Positions 43,364 through 55,154 are shown, counted from the stretch's first letter. The stretch is 64,000 nt of DNA from an uncultured Chloroflexia bacterium (GCA_963810095.1 CAWEMM010000007.1:480001-544000); one strand, 5' to 3'. The notes: a model not told the origin generated them from the sequence alone. A program made the numbers and translations.

Positions 43364-44345
43364 CCTCCCGGCGGTAGTCCGCCAGGATCGCATCGATCAC
43401 GCGTGTCGTTCGAGCGCCGCTCTCGCCGGTGCTCGGACAGCGGCCGCTGCCGTTCAGTTCATCCACAATCGTCTGGATCAGCGGCTGGTGAACGTGCGCC
43501 GGGTGATCCACCTCGATCGTGCGGGTCCGTCCCCCGGCGGTCAATGTGATCGGTGAGGGGTCGAAGCACGCGAAGCGCAATGTCCCCTGGCTGCCCACGA
43601 GCTCGATGACGTCCTCCTCCGCGTGCGCGGCCGAGTTCCACACGCCCACCCCGAGCACGCCCTGGCCGAACTCCAGCGCCGCCACCACCGAGTCCTCGGC
43701 CGCGTACATGCCGGTCTGGTTCATCGCGATGCCTTTGGCCGCCCGCACCGGGCCAAGGAAGAAGTCGAGCAGGTCGAGCATGTGGCTGCCCATGTCGAGC
43801 AAGTGTCCCCCGCCCGATACCGCGGGCAGGAAGCGCCACGTGCGGGTCGCGGGGTCGGCCTCCTTCGGCACGGGCGTCCGCTGCAGCAGGATGCGGGCAA
43901 AGCGGACCTCGCCGATCGCACCCCCGGCCAGCAGGTCGCGCACCGCGAGGAACTTGGGCAGGCCGCGGCGGTAGTAGCCGACCCAGAGGGGCACGCCTGC
44001 CGTTCGGCATGCTGCAATCATCTCGTCGCATTCGGCCGCGCTCAGCGCCATCGGCTTCTCGACGTAGACCGGTTTGCGCGCCGCCGCGGCTGCGAGCACG
44101 TACTCCTTGTGCGACGACGGCGGGGTCGCGACATAGATTGCATCGACTTCGGGGTCCGCGATCAGTTGGCCCGCATCGGAGTACCAGCGCGGCACCCCGT
44201 GGCGCCGGGCGTAGTCCTCCGCCAGCGCTGCGTCGCGCCGCATGACCGCGACGAGCTCCGACCCGCGCGCCTTCTGGAAGCCCGGCCCGCTCTTCACCTC
44301 GGTGACGTCGCCACAGCCGATAATGCCCCAACGAATCGTATGCAT
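43341..44345 (-). CDS. Gfo/Idh/MocA family oxidoreductase
   Basis: WGIIGCG, YVATPP, VYVEKPMA, GGGHLLDMGSH. Confidence 0.93.
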   Translation of the reverse strand: MHTIRWGIIGCGDVTEVKSGPGFQKARGSELVAVMRRDAALAEDYARRHGVPRWYSDAGQLIADPEVDAIYVATPPSSHKEYVLAAAAARKPVYVEKPMALSAAECDEMIAACRTAGVPLWVGYYRRGLPKFLAVRDLLAGGAIGEVRFARILLQRTPVPKEADPATRTWRFLPAVSGGGHLLDMGSHMLDLLDFFLGPVRAAKGIAMNQTGMYAAEDSVVAALEFGQGVLGVGVWNSAAHAEEDVIELVGSQGTLRFACFDPSPITLTAGGRTRTIEVDHPAHVHQPLIQTIVDELNGSGRCPSTGESGARTTRVIDAILADYRREVRTAEAA

Positions 44346-44439
44346 GATGCCCGCGTCCCTTTGTAGATGGATAGATGATCCCTTGGCGTGGCGACGATAG
44401 CATGAAGGTGTGGACGTGTCAACACGTCTGCCTTAGGCT

Positions 44440-44636
44440 GGAAACCTCAAAAGGCAACGGACCCCCGGGCCGCTGCCTCTTGACTGTTCTACCCCTCGCA
44501 GTGCCGGGGGCTGCCATGCTCGCTTCTCACGCACGGGCGGCTTAACACACGCATGGTTCCTGCCGACCCTGCCTCATCCCCCGTACAGTGACTTATGCGG
44601 GCGAACATGGACCTGCAGCGTTGCCTTTGGGGTTCC
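44440..44636 (-). ncRNA. ssrS: Probable 6S RNA
   Basis: ~197 nt with long closing stem GGAACCCCAAAGGCAACG / CGTTGCCTTTTGAGGTTTCC. Segments ATGTTCGC, CCGT..GAGAAGC and TCAAGAG..GCAGCGGC resemble conserved 6S blocks. Confidence 0.55.
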
Positions 44637-44774
44637 AAGGGGCGCAGCCCCTGGTCGGGGGCGCGGGGGCAAGATCGCCCCCGCCAAACCATCGTCAGGC
44701 ATCAGCGGATGATTTTCCTGTGTTAGTGCCCTAAGTTCAACCACAGTGAATCTGTTGAACCATGACGCTCGACG

Positions 44775-44882
44775 CCCTTCGACTGCGGGCGCTCCTGTGG
44801 ACCGCCCTCCGCTCAGGGTGCTTCAAGCGCAGGCCCTGAGCGGAGGCGCCAGCGCAACTGGCGTGCCGCAGTCGAAGGATGC
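44775..44882. repeat. Family A palindromic element
   Basis: CCCTTCGACTGCGGGCGCTCC...CTCCGCTCAGG...CCTGAGCGGAGGC...GTGCCGCAGTCGAAGGATG; near-identical to the copy at 9927. Confidence 0.88.
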
Positions 44883-45019
44883 GACCCGACAGAGTGAGCG
44901 TGCTTGTACCTAAACGCCCGCCGCCGAGAGACCTCGGAGCTGCGCGGCACACAAAAAGACTGCACGGAGCCATCCCCGGCGTCCGTGCAGTCCTCCAATC
45001 GCGGGTAGGCCGCCGCGCC

Positions 45020-45868
45020 TCAGCGCTGAACCACCACCGGCATCCCGATATAAGCCGTCTCCCAGAGCTTCTTGGCGTTGGCATCGTCCAGCATGATGCA
45101 CCCGAACGTAATCTTCGTACCCACCAGCCCCGCCCACGTCTTGCGCCCGGTCTGCTTGTTGTACGGCAGGCCGTGGATGCCGTTCTCCGTGCTGCCCGCC
45201 CAGTAAATGCCGAGCCAATAAGGCATCCAGAAGTTCCAGGTCGAGCCGTATGCGTTGCGGATTTTCGACTGGACCTTGAACGTTCCCGCCATGGTCGGTG
45301 ACCCGTACCGGCCCGTCGAGCAGCGCCAATTCCCGATCAGCACGCCCCCCTTGTAGAGCCAGCAGTGCTGGGCCGATATGTCGGCCACGAACTTCGTGCC
45401 CGAGACCTTCGGCGCTGCCGGCCCGGTCGCTGCCGCCGTGCCGCCCGACGATTTGCCCGGGACGCGTAGCACCATCCCCACGTAGATCCGATCGGGGTTG
45501 CTGATGCCGTTGGTCGAGGCAAGCGCGGAGGCGGACACCCCCAGCCGCTGCGCGATCGAGCCCAGCGTGTCGCCGCTGCGGACCACGTACTTCGCGCCGC
45601 CCGCGCTTGCCGTGCCGCCCGACGAACTGGCCGCGCTGCTGCCACCCGGGATGACCAGCCGCTGGCCGATCTTGATCAGGTTCGGATTCGAAATCCCGTT
45701 CGCCCGCGCCAACGCCGCCGCGCTGACCCCATGGGCCGACGCGATCGAGTTGAGCGTCTCGCCTGCCCGGACGACGTGGGTGCCGCCCGAATCTGCATAG
45801 GCGTTGGCAGCCAGCAGCAGCAGTGCGAGCAATGTGAGCACGAAGGTCAGCGTGATTCGTTTGCGCAT
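45020..45868 (-). CDS. LysM-domain L,D-transpeptidase (YkuD family)
   Basis: Signal peptide, two LysM repeats, GIHG...TFGCI catalytic His/Cys. Confidence 0.92.
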   Translation of the reverse strand: MRKRITLTFVLTLLALLLLAANAYADSGGTHVVRAGETLNSIASAHGVSAAALARANGISNPNLIKIGQRLVIPGGSSAASSSGGTASAGGAKYVVRSGDTLGSIAQRLGVSASALASTNGISNPDRIYVGMVLRVPGKSSGGTAAATGPAAPKVSGTKFVADISAQHCWLYKGGVLIGNWRCSTGRYGSPTMAGTFKVQSKIRNAYGSTWNFWMPYWLGIYWAGSTENGIHGLPYNKQTGRKTWAGLVGTKITFGCIMLDDANAKKLWETAYIGMPVVVQR

Positions 45869-46034
45869 GACGGAGTTCCTCCGGTCGCGATGTCAATTGG
45901 ACAAGTATATAATGCATCAAAACGCGTGAGATTGCAAGACCCAATTATGGCGACTTTGCGATCTCGGAGACGCGTGTGCCATGATCCTCTACGAAGTGCC
46001 GCCTTTCACGGAATCCTAACTCAAGAAAATAGTA

Positions 46035-46064
46035 TTGACAAATAGGCGGCCAGAGAGGTATAAT
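46035..46064 (+). promoter_or_regulatory. Consensus sigma70 promoter
   Basis: TTGACA-N18-TATAAT, 83 nt upstream of ATG 46147. Confidence 0.75.
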
Positions 46065-46146
46065 TATCGTGCAAATGCTGTGCAACCGTCCCGCCAGCGA
46101 CCGTGCCGACAAATGCCCACCTGCCCCACCGGTATAGGAGGCAACC

Positions 46147-48762
46147 ATGTCTTTCGAGCGATTCCGCGCTTCCCTCTTGCGCTCAACCGTCGTGACACTC
46201 CTGGTTCTGACAGCACTCGCCACCGTGGCAGCGGCCGGTGTGCCTGCTTCTGATGGCAGCAACGCACCCGCTGCGAAGTCGAGCAACGGCTCTACGGCCC
46301 TGCCAACAGCGCAGGTCTACCCCGCAGCGTTGCCCGGCGCGCCAAACCCCTTCGTGACTGCCGACCACTCGCACAGCGATACCCCGGAGGCGTTTGCGCT
46401 CCCTGAAGGCGGCTTTAGCGTCACCGGCCCGCAGAAGATCGTGGTTCTCCGAGTGCGCTTCTCCGACTACTCGACCGCCACGCGCTACACGCAGGCCCAG
46501 GCGCAGAGCTTCTTCGACAACGACATCAACAAGATGTGGAGCAACATTTCGTACGGCAGCATCTCGATCGACGCCACCGTCACCGCGCTGCTGGATTTGC
46601 CCCACCCGCGTTCCAGCTACATCACCGATCACTCGGATGGCGATCTCTCCGAGGGCGGGCAGTTCATGGCGGTACTCAACGACGCAGTGGCCGCAGCACA
46701 CACGGCCGGCGTCGACTTTACGGGCGTCAAGGATGTGATGGTGGTGATGGGCGAGACCGACGCGTCCCAGTATCACCGGGGTCAGGCGACGACCTGCATG
46801 CTGGCCGTCGGCCCGAGCAGCAGCCTCGCCTCGGTGGGCTGCGCCATCTTCTCGGAGAACCCGGCCGATCCGGACGCGCGCGTCTGGGGGCGCTGGATGC
46901 ACGAAATGGGGCACGCTTTCCAGGCTGCCGGTGGGCCGGCCCATCCCTCCAACTACAACAACAGTTTCGAGCTGATGGATCGCCTTTACCCCGGGCACAG
47001 CGGCATGTTCTCCAAGCAAGCGGCTGGGGCGGGCGGCTTCCCGGGCTGGATCAGCCCCTCGGTCTACGATGAGGTTGGCACGGGCGTGGCCGGCACGAGC
47101 GACATCGTTTATGCTGAGGAGTATCAGCCTAGCGATCTGCCCGCGGGCGGCAAACGCGCCATCAAGTTCTACGCTTCTGCCAGCGTGTACTACATTATCA
47201 GCGTGCGCCAGCGCATGTATGGCGACGAGATCCGGCCGATCCCCGACGACCACGGCGTTCTGGTCGAGCGCGTCCAGCCGGGGGCCGACCCCTGGGTTAC
47301 TGTGATCGGGCCGGGCGGCGACGCCACGAGACTCTGGCAGCCAAACTCTACCATTTCGACGCCTGATGGGGTGTTCATTACGGTCATCAGCCAGCCCGAC
47401 CCTTCGAAGTGGGCCTACCTGATCAGCGTCCGCCGAGACGCCGTGCCCCGGCCCGACGTCATGATCCGCCCCTGGCTGTCGCCGCCGCTCAACACCTGGG
47501 AGACCACGGACATCTGGGTCGACAGCAGCTGCAACGGCTACGGCACCTTCATGTACGGCGCCTACATCCCGTCGGGCGACAGTACGGTGCTCGGTTATAG
47601 CAACGGTGATAGCCCGTGTGCCAACCATCAAAACCGTGTCTACGCCCGCATTCGCAACATCGGCAACACGCCGGCCGCCAACATCAAGGTCCATTTCCAG
47701 GTCACCGATCCGATGGGCGTGGGCATCAACGGGAGTACCTGGGTCGATATCGGCACAGCTGACTCGACAACCTTCGCGGGCCTTGCCTCGCTCGCGGCCG
47801 GCGCCTATACAGACGTGTACGTGCCTTGGGTGCCTGCCGTCGCTTTGACGCCCGAGCAGCTCGCTGCAGGGGTGTTCAACTTCCATACCTGCCTCCGCGT
47901 CCTCATGGACCCGGTGCCTGGCGAGACCATCGTGAGCAATCAGGACGGCGTCGACGAGCAGGAGAACATCGGCCAGTTCTTTGCGTCGCCTTCCGGGCCC
48001 GGCGCGCCCGACAGTGCGATCGACTACGAGGTACCCGTACGCAACGACGATACGAAACTGCCGAAGAGCTTCAACCTGGACTGGGAGAATGACCTGCCCA
48101 AGGGCTGGACGGTAGAGGTTAACAAGAACGACCCGACCGTTGAGATCCCTGCCGGGGGCCTCGCGCTGGTGCCGGTGCGCATTGTCCGGGCAGCTCCCGC
48201 GGCCGCGGGTGAGGTCTACAGCGTGACGCTGCGCGCCACCTATCTGCACCTGTTGCCCAGCGACCTGCCGGGGCTGGACCCGTTCAACAAACTGCCCGAC
48301 ATCCACGCCGAGTACAAGCCCTTGAGCGCAGCCACCCTCGGTGTCATCGTCGCCGACCCGACGAAGATCGATGTCAGGCCGCAGCGCGATCCAAACGGGG
48401 GCGTGTGTGTGGCCGGCTCGATTGCCCCGGTACCGCCCCGTCCGCCCACGGGCGAGCAGCGCACGCAGCTCCAGGTCGACATCCTGGGCGCCAAGCGTGA
48501 AATGATGGGCACCAAGCCGGCGTTCCCCGACGACGGGGGCAAATTCGAGGTTTGCTGGGCAGGCACGGAGATCCGCGACCTGAAGCAAGCGCGCTACGCC
48601 GCAGCCCTCTACCAAGGCCAAGCCGATCTGCCCAGCCGGACCGGTCCGGGGCGAGCCGTAGGCCTGACGCTGGTGGCGGCCCCGGGCACGTTCCAGCAAC
48701 CAGGCTATGCCGAAGCGCCAATCGACATCGTGAAGCTGTACTTGCCCGTCATCATGAAGTAG
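46147..48762 (+). CDS. Secreted zinc metalloprotease (M6/immune inhibitor A-like) with Ig-like C-terminal domains
   Basis: Signal peptide; VLRVRFSD; HEMGH zincin motif; ELM Met-turn; NRVYARIRNIG; ends LYLPVIMK. Confidence 0.72.
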   Translation: MSFERFRASLLRSTVVTLLVLTALATVAAAGVPASDGSNAPAAKSSNGSTALPTAQVYPAALPGAPNPFVTADHSHSDTPEAFALPEGGFSVTGPQKIVVLRVRFSDYSTATRYTQAQAQSFFDNDINKMWSNISYGSISIDATVTALLDLPHPRSSYITDHSDGDLSEGGQFMAVLNDAVAAAHTAGVDFTGVKDVMVVMGETDASQYHRGQATTCMLAVGPSSSLASVGCAIFSENPADPDARVWGRWMHEMGHAFQAAGGPAHPSNYNNSFELMDRLYPGHSGMFSKQAAGAGGFPGWISPSVYDEVGTGVAGTSDIVYAEEYQPSDLPAGGKRAIKFYASASVYYIISVRQRMYGDEIRPIPDDHGVLVERVQPGADPWVTVIGPGGDATRLWQPNSTISTPDGVFITVISQPDPSKWAYLISVRRDAVPRPDVMIRPWLSPPLNTWETTDIWVDSSCNGYGTFMYGAYIPSGDSTVLGYSNGDSPCANHQNRVYARIRNIGNTPAANIKVHFQVTDPMGVGINGSTWVDIGTADSTTFAGLASLAAGAYTDVYVPWVPAVALTPEQLAAGVFNFHTCLRVLMDPVPGETIVSNQDGVDEQENIGQFFASPSGPGAPDSAIDYEVPVRNDDTKLPKSFNLDWENDLPKGWTVEVNKNDPTVEIPAGGLALVPVRIVRAAPAAAGEVYSVTLRATYLHLLPSDLPGLDPFNKLPDIHAEYKPLSAATLGVIVADPTKIDVRPQRDPNGGVCVAGSIAPVPPRPPTGEQRTQLQVDILGAKREMMGTKPAFPDDGGKFEVCWAGTEIRDLKQARYAAALYQGQADLPSRTGPGRAVGLTLVAAPGTFQQPGYAEAPIDIVKLYLPVIMK

Positions 48763-48810
48763 GCAGACGAGCGCGAGTACGGCGCCGTCTGAGCGCACAG
48801 CGCACACCAC

Positions 48811-48851
48811 AAAAGGGGCCGCAGTCATGGAGTCAACCGTGACTGCGGCCC
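48811..48851. terminator. Intrinsic terminator, U-tract on minus strand
   Basis: AAAAGGGGCCGCAGTCA...TGACTGCGGCCC. Confidence 0.65.
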
Positions 48852-49257
48852 TGCTCTTGCCGTGCTGGTGCCGTCCCCAGGTGGACACTCACTACGGCCT
48901 TGGCCTTCCGGCACCACAACTCCGACCGGCGCACCCGTCCGCTGCTGCGAGCGCGCGAGGCCCATGCCGCCGCGTATTCCGCTCGGTAACACCCCCCACT
49001 TTACACGCTGCTTCAATAGTGGTTTGCTCGTGCACACCCTTAGGCGCAGCGCACATCAGCATCTTCGCGCGAGCGACGAAAGGAGCAGACGTAGCCATGG
49101 CATTCATCCGAAGAATGCAGGCTATCCGTTTTTCACGGTGACGATGGGCTAGGCAGGCTCGTCACGAACCGGGTGTCGCGGCCAGGTCGGGCCGCGGCGA
49201 CATCGTGCTCCATGTGTCGGATTGGGGTCACGGAGCAGAGCTAGGGAGTTGCACCGT

Positions 49258-50238
<981 letters not shown>

Positions 50239-50370
50239 GCAAGCCGCCACCCGGCCCGCCGTCAAACGCGATGGCTCGCAATGGCGCGTTTGGGCGTATA
50301 ATGCTGCCCATACCATACGGACACGTTTGGCAGACCAGGTCCATCGCATCTAACTAAAAGGAGTTGCACC

Positions 50371-50487
50371 ATGGGAGATAAGGGCGGAAAGAAGGACAAA
50401 GAGAAGGCTCAGAAGCAGAAGACGAACAAGCAAGAGCAGGACACCCAGAAGAAGCAGCAACAGCAGCCTGTCAAGAAGCCTCAATAG
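50371..50487 (+). CDS. 38-aa Lys/Gln-rich small protein, absent from the ORF track
   Basis: AAAGGAG RBS; MGDKGGKKDKEKAQKQKTNKQEQDTQKKQQQQPVKKPQ*. Confidence 0.7.
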   Translation: MGDKGGKKDKEKAQKQKTNKQEQDTQKKQQQQPVKKPQ

Positions 50488-50629
50488 GCAGCCCGCAGTC
50501 GGGGGGCAACCTCTCCGCCCGGCGAACCTGGCGAAGGGTTGCCCCTACCCCCACATCAGCGCCCGAGCGCACCCTTGCCATCACACTGGAGCGTCCGCCG
50601 TTCAAGCGCTGCTTCCCCCACGCTCCAGG

Positions 50630-50992
50630 TTACATGCCCATCGGGGTCACCAGTTGGAAGTAGTTGCCGTCCGGATCTGCCAGGGTGGCAAGCCAGCCGT
50701 CGCCCATCTGGTAAGGCGCCCTGACAACCTCGGCGCCCTGCGCCTTGATCCTGTCAAAATCCTCTTGGACTTGCGAGGTCTCGAAGTTGAGCAGCACGCG
50801 GCCCGGGTCTTTGGCCCGCCCACCCATTTCAGAGTGGTCCAGGACGGAGAAGTAGGCCGGCCCCACTTGCCAGCCGTAAAACCCGTGCTCCGTATCGACC
50901 ATTTCCGCCGGCTTACCCAGCACCTTCTCGTAGAAAGCCACCATTACCTGCGGCTGCTTCGTTCCGATCATAACGGAATTGAGACTTAACAT
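50630..50992 (-). CDS. VOC/glyoxalase family protein
   Basis: FYEKVLG...LNFE...LADPDGNYFQL. Confidence 0.88.
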   Translation of the reverse strand: MLSLNSVMIGTKQPQVMVAFYEKVLGKPAEMVDTEHGFYGWQVGPAYFSVLDHSEMGGRAKDPGRVLLNFETSQVQEDFDRIKAQGAEVVRAPYQMGDGWLATLADPDGNYFQLVTPMGM

Positions 50993-51224
50993 GCGGGAAT
51001 CCTTTCTGCCACCGGTCCGACCGGCCCCGTGCGCTTGCCCTGGCAGTTCTGACAGTTGCCAAATATTCTGACGACGCCTGGCGATCAGCGCACCTGGAAC
51101 TGATACCACGCAGGATCAAACAGATAAGTAGGAGAAGTTACACTTGGTAGGAAGTCACGAGGCTGAGAGCCCGGCGGCGCACCGGCAGACCTGAACCGAA
51201 TGCGAGAGGAGTCTGCGAAACGAG

Positions 51225-51257
51225 AGACCTTCGAGGTCTCGCAGACCTCGAAGGTCT
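51225..51257. repeat. REP-like perfect inverted repeat
   Basis: AGACCTTCGAGGTCT-CGC-AGACCTCGAAGGTCT. Confidence 0.7.
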
Positions 51258-51341
51258 GGTCATCTGCGCACGCACGGTTTGCCCCACCCACCCCACAGCG
51301 CGATAATCCGCCACACGATCGCGTACCAGGAGAGCAACAGC

Positions 51342-52436
51342 ATGAAGATCCTCGTCTGCGGTTCCGGCCCGTTGGGAAGCCTGTTTGCGTCGCGCCTGCG
51401 CCAGGGCGGGCACGATGTCTCGCTTCTTGCCCGGGGCTCGCGCCTCGAAGACCTCCGCAAGTGGGGCATCGTGACCCATGACGTGCGGACCGACGAATGG
51501 ACGACCGTTCGCGACGTCGCCTATATCGAGCGGCTGGCACCCGAGGACGCCTACGACCTCGCCCTCGTCGTCATGCGCAAGAACCAGGCGCTCGAGCTGC
51601 TGCCCACCCTGGCGGCCAACCCGAACATCCCGACGGTCCTCTTCCTGATGAACAACGCGGCCGGACCCGACGCCCTGGTGCAGGCCCTTGGCCGCGAGCG
51701 CGTGATGATCGGCTTTCCGTCCTCCGCCGGCTACCGGGACGAGTACGTCATGCACGTTTTGACCGGCTCGCTCGGCAACGAGGTCACCGTCCCGATTGGC
51801 GAGATCGACGGCCACGTCAGCGCACGGACCGACCTCGTCGCCGCAGCACTCGCCACGATGCCCGGCTTCAAGATCCAGGTGCGGCCCGACATGGACGCCT
51901 GGCTGAAGTATCACGTGGCGCTCCTGATGCCGTCACTTGCGGCCGCGTTCTACGGGAGCGGCATGGACCGCATCCGCATGACCCATACCCGCGACGCGCT
52001 CGTGCTGGCGGTGCGCGCGATCCGCGAGGGCTTCGCCGTCCTCCACGACCTCGGCTACCCCGTCACCCCTTCGGGCCTGCGGGTCTTCGCGTGGCTGCCC
52101 GAGCCGCTGCTGGTGGCGCTGCTCGGCCGGCGGCTGCGTGACCCGCTGATGGAGGTGGCGCTGGCCAAGCACGCGGGGGTCGCGCGCGATGAGATCAAGC
52201 ACCTCGCCGGCGAGTTCCTTGTTCTCACCCACCAGACCGGGGTGCTGACGCCCGCCATCGACCGGCTGGTGCCATACCTGGAGGATTCCGGAGCGTCTCT
52301 CATCCCCGAGGGCAGCGCGGAATTGCCGCTGGATTGGCGCGGCGTGTGGGCGGGCGCGGCTGCAGTCGCCGGCGCGGCGGCCGTCCTGGTCTTGCTCGGC
52401 GGTCTGCTCCGCAGCAGGCGGAGGAAGGGGGCGTAG
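51342..52436 (+). CDS. Ketopantoate reductase family protein (PanE/ApbA-like) with C-terminal hydrophobic helix
   Basis: MKILVCGSGPLGSLFA Rossmann motif; LMNN; IGEIDG; WLKYH. Confidence 0.8.
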   Translation: MKILVCGSGPLGSLFASRLRQGGHDVSLLARGSRLEDLRKWGIVTHDVRTDEWTTVRDVAYIERLAPEDAYDLALVVMRKNQALELLPTLAANPNIPTVLFLMNNAAGPDALVQALGRERVMIGFPSSAGYRDEYVMHVLTGSLGNEVTVPIGEIDGHVSARTDLVAAALATMPGFKIQVRPDMDAWLKYHVALLMPSLAAAFYGSGMDRIRMTHTRDALVLAVRAIREGFAVLHDLGYPVTPSGLRVFAWLPEPLLVALLGRRLRDPLMEVALAKHAGVARDEIKHLAGEFLVLTHQTGVLTPAIDRLVPYLEDSGASLIPEGSAELPLDWRGVWAGAAAVAGAAAVLVLLGGLLRSRRRKGA

Positions 52437-52666
52437 GCAGCGGGCGCCGGGACGGGCGAGTGTCATGGTGCTTGGCCGTGAGCACCATGTAGCGCATGCC
52501 GGCGTTCTGGGCTGTCGGCACCCCAGGGGAAACGGCGCGGCAAGCGCCGCGGGCCTCAGTACTTGTGGGCCGGCACGCGGGCCATGCGCGGAGAGGGATC
52601 AACCCGGTAAGAACGCCAAGAGCATCCAGCTGCGAATGCAATGCGGTTCCGTGCCACCTCGCGCCT

Positions 52667-53563
52667 CTAGGCCAGCTGCACCAGCATCGGAATGATTACA
52701 AACAGGTCGTACCCCGCGTGGATCAGCACCGAGCCCCAGATGCTGTCTGACTTAAGCATGACCCACGCATTCAGCAAGCCCAGCCCGAACACGATCGCCG
52801 CGAACAGCACCCGTTGCGCGTCGCTGACGTAGACGGCCATGAAGTGCGGCGACGCAAACACCAGCGCCGTCGCCACGATCGCGAGCGTTACGCCGAGGAC
52901 GGGCCGCAGTTTGCCGAGAAAGATGCCCCGGAACCACAGCTCCTCCATGAACGAGTTGGTGAAGATGAAGACAAGGATCCAGGGGAGCGCGGCGACGAGG
53001 GTCGACAGGGGCACGCCGGAGGCCGTCAGCCCTGCCGTCTTCGGCGCACCGGCCTGTAGCACCGCAATCGCGACGAAGATGGCTGCAAACGCGGCGAACA
53101 CGGCCAGCCCGATTTGGATGCCCCAGCGATTGCTCTTCCGGAGGAAGGCCGCGCCTAGGTCGCGGTCGACGAGCAGTGTCACCAGGAGCAGCGTGAGGAC
53201 CACCGGGATAGCCTGGGCGACCTTGTCGAACGCGAGCCGCTGCGCGCCGCTTGCCGGCGGGGGGAGCAGCCCAAGCACCGGCCCGCCGGCAACGGCCATG
53301 ACCGCGTTAGCGAGGGCGGCGCTAAAGAGCGCTAGCGCAATTGCCCGGAGCTGCGCAGCCTGGGGCTTGCGCAGGACGAGCGCCACCCCGCCAAACAGCA
53401 CGACGAGGCTCCACTTGTACAGGTCGCTCTTGTTGGTGGGGAACGCCGCAGTCCAGTTGTTGCCAAACAGGAAGATAGCAAACCCAGCGGCCACGAAGAG
53501 CACGAACACAAGCGGACGCTGACGGCGCCATACGTTTTGACGGGGCGATGCGACTGCGGCCAT
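52667..53563 (-). CDS. CPBP (Abi/CAAX) intramembrane metalloprotease
   Basis: EELWFRG, FASPH and SIWGSVLIHAGYD motifs. Confidence 0.88.
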   Translation of the reverse strand: MAAVASPRQNVWRRQRPLVFVLFVAAGFAIFLFGNNWTAAFPTNKSDLYKWSLVVLFGGVALVLRKPQAAQLRAIALALFSAALANAVMAVAGGPVLGLLPPPASGAQRLAFDKVAQAIPVVLTLLLVTLLVDRDLGAAFLRKSNRWGIQIGLAVFAAFAAIFVAIAVLQAGAPKTAGLTASGVPLSTLVAALPWILVFIFTNSFMEELWFRGIFLGKLRPVLGVTLAIVATALVFASPHFMAVYVSDAQRVLFAAIVFGLGLLNAWVMLKSDSIWGSVLIHAGYDLFVIIPMLVQLA

Positions 53564-53827
53564 CCGGGCTCCTTCCATCCGGGCACCCGCCCGGCGACGC
53601 AGCCTGGGCGGGGCGCCGGGTAACCCGTTAGAAGAGGACACGCGCATTATACGGCTGTAAGGATGGCCGCGTCAACGGATAGTTGACGGCGGGTGCGCCC
53701 GGTTGCTTCATGAGTGCCCTGAGATCGGCCAGCCTACGAGCGCCCGCTCACACGGGGACTGCTGCCTGTTGCGGAATTGCTTCTCCGCCTTCCCACCGTC
53801 AAGCGTCTTCTCGCCGGGCGAGCGAGG

Positions 53828-55103
53828 TTACTCCGCCTCCAACTCCCCCGCGAGCGCGGCCAGGATCTCCCCACGCCCCACCAGCCCCACCAACCGGCCG
53901 GCTTCGTCCACCACCGGCAGCCGCTTCACCTTGTGCTGCAGCAGCAGTTGGAGCGCGTCCAGCAGCGGCGTGTCGGGTGTCACGGTAATCGGATGCGGCG
54001 TCATCACCTCGCCCGCGGTCCGCTTCTCCAGGTTCAGCTCGTCCTCGCCCGTGCGCCGCCGGGTCAGCGCGTGGAGCAGGCCCGTCCGCTCCGTCGCACC
54101 TGTGCGGCCGATCAGGTCGCCGTCCGTGATGATCCCCAACACCCGCCGCTCCCCATCTACCACCACGATCCGGCGTTCGGCGCTGCCCACCAGCAAGTCC
54201 ACGACCGTGCTGAGTGCGGCATCCACTCGAACCGCCGGCGCTTGGGCCACCATGACGTCTGCCACCCTCGCCGCGTTTCCGGGCCGAACGGTTGGTGCCG
54301 CGGGCTCGACCGCGGACGGTTGAGCGAGCCGCGCGCAGCACGTCGACCCGGCTGACCACGCCCACCAGCCGTCCACTTGCGTTGACGACCGGCAGCCGCT
54401 TGATGCCGCGCTTCGCCATCAGCCGGACGGCTTCGGCCACGGGCGCGTCCTCGGTGGTGGTCAGCACCGGGTGCACCATGACGTCCTCGACGGTCTGCCC
54501 GCTGGCCCGCAGCGCGTCCAGTTCCCGGCCCAGCTCCGCACGCGTCAGCGCCGACTGGACGCCGGCGTTCGGCAGCCCAAGCCGCGCCAGCAGGTCACCG
54601 TCCGTCAGGATGCCGACCACCCGGCCCTCTGCATCGACGACCGGCAGGGCTTTGTACGCCTTCCCGATCAACATTTCCACGGCTGCCGCGACCGGCGTCT
54701 CGGGCGCCACCGAGCGCACTTCACGGCTCATCAGATCGTGTATGGGGGCCGATGCCCGCAGCCGGCGCAGCTCCCGGTGGCCGTAGCTGACGACTTCGAC
54801 CGGGCGCACGGTGATGAGGCCCTCCGCTACCATCTCGACCAGCCGCGGCATGATCCGCTCGACCCGCGCCGGGTCGTCCACCCACTCGACCACGAGCGGC
54901 AGGTCGGACGAGAGGTCGACAATGCTGGCAGTGCGAATGCGGCTGTGGCTGCCGAAGCCTGCGACGCCGCGTGTGACCGTTGCGCCCGCGCAATCGGCCG
55001 CCTTCAACAGCTCGAGGATCGCCATATACAGCGGCTTGCCGGCCCACCGGTCGCTCTCCCCGATGTACACGGTGACCTGCGTGGCCGTCCCGACGATTTC
55101 CAT
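53828..55103 (-). CDS. DUF190 (PII-like) + four CBS domain protein; frameshift near 54330
   Basis: VYIGESD...GATVTRGVAGFG...DLPLVVEWVD (DUF190) followed by CBS repeats LPVVD..GR.VGI.T.GDL. Confidence 0.85.
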
Positions 55104-55154
55104 CCGTCACCCCCTCTCGCTCGCAGCCCGTGCAAGCTTCAGCGCGCGTGCGAG

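Noticed and set aside
48855-48935. SRP RNA (CCGGAAGG core on minus strand)
   Set aside because: Lacks the conserved CAGG...GGAAG...AGCAG domain IV loop.
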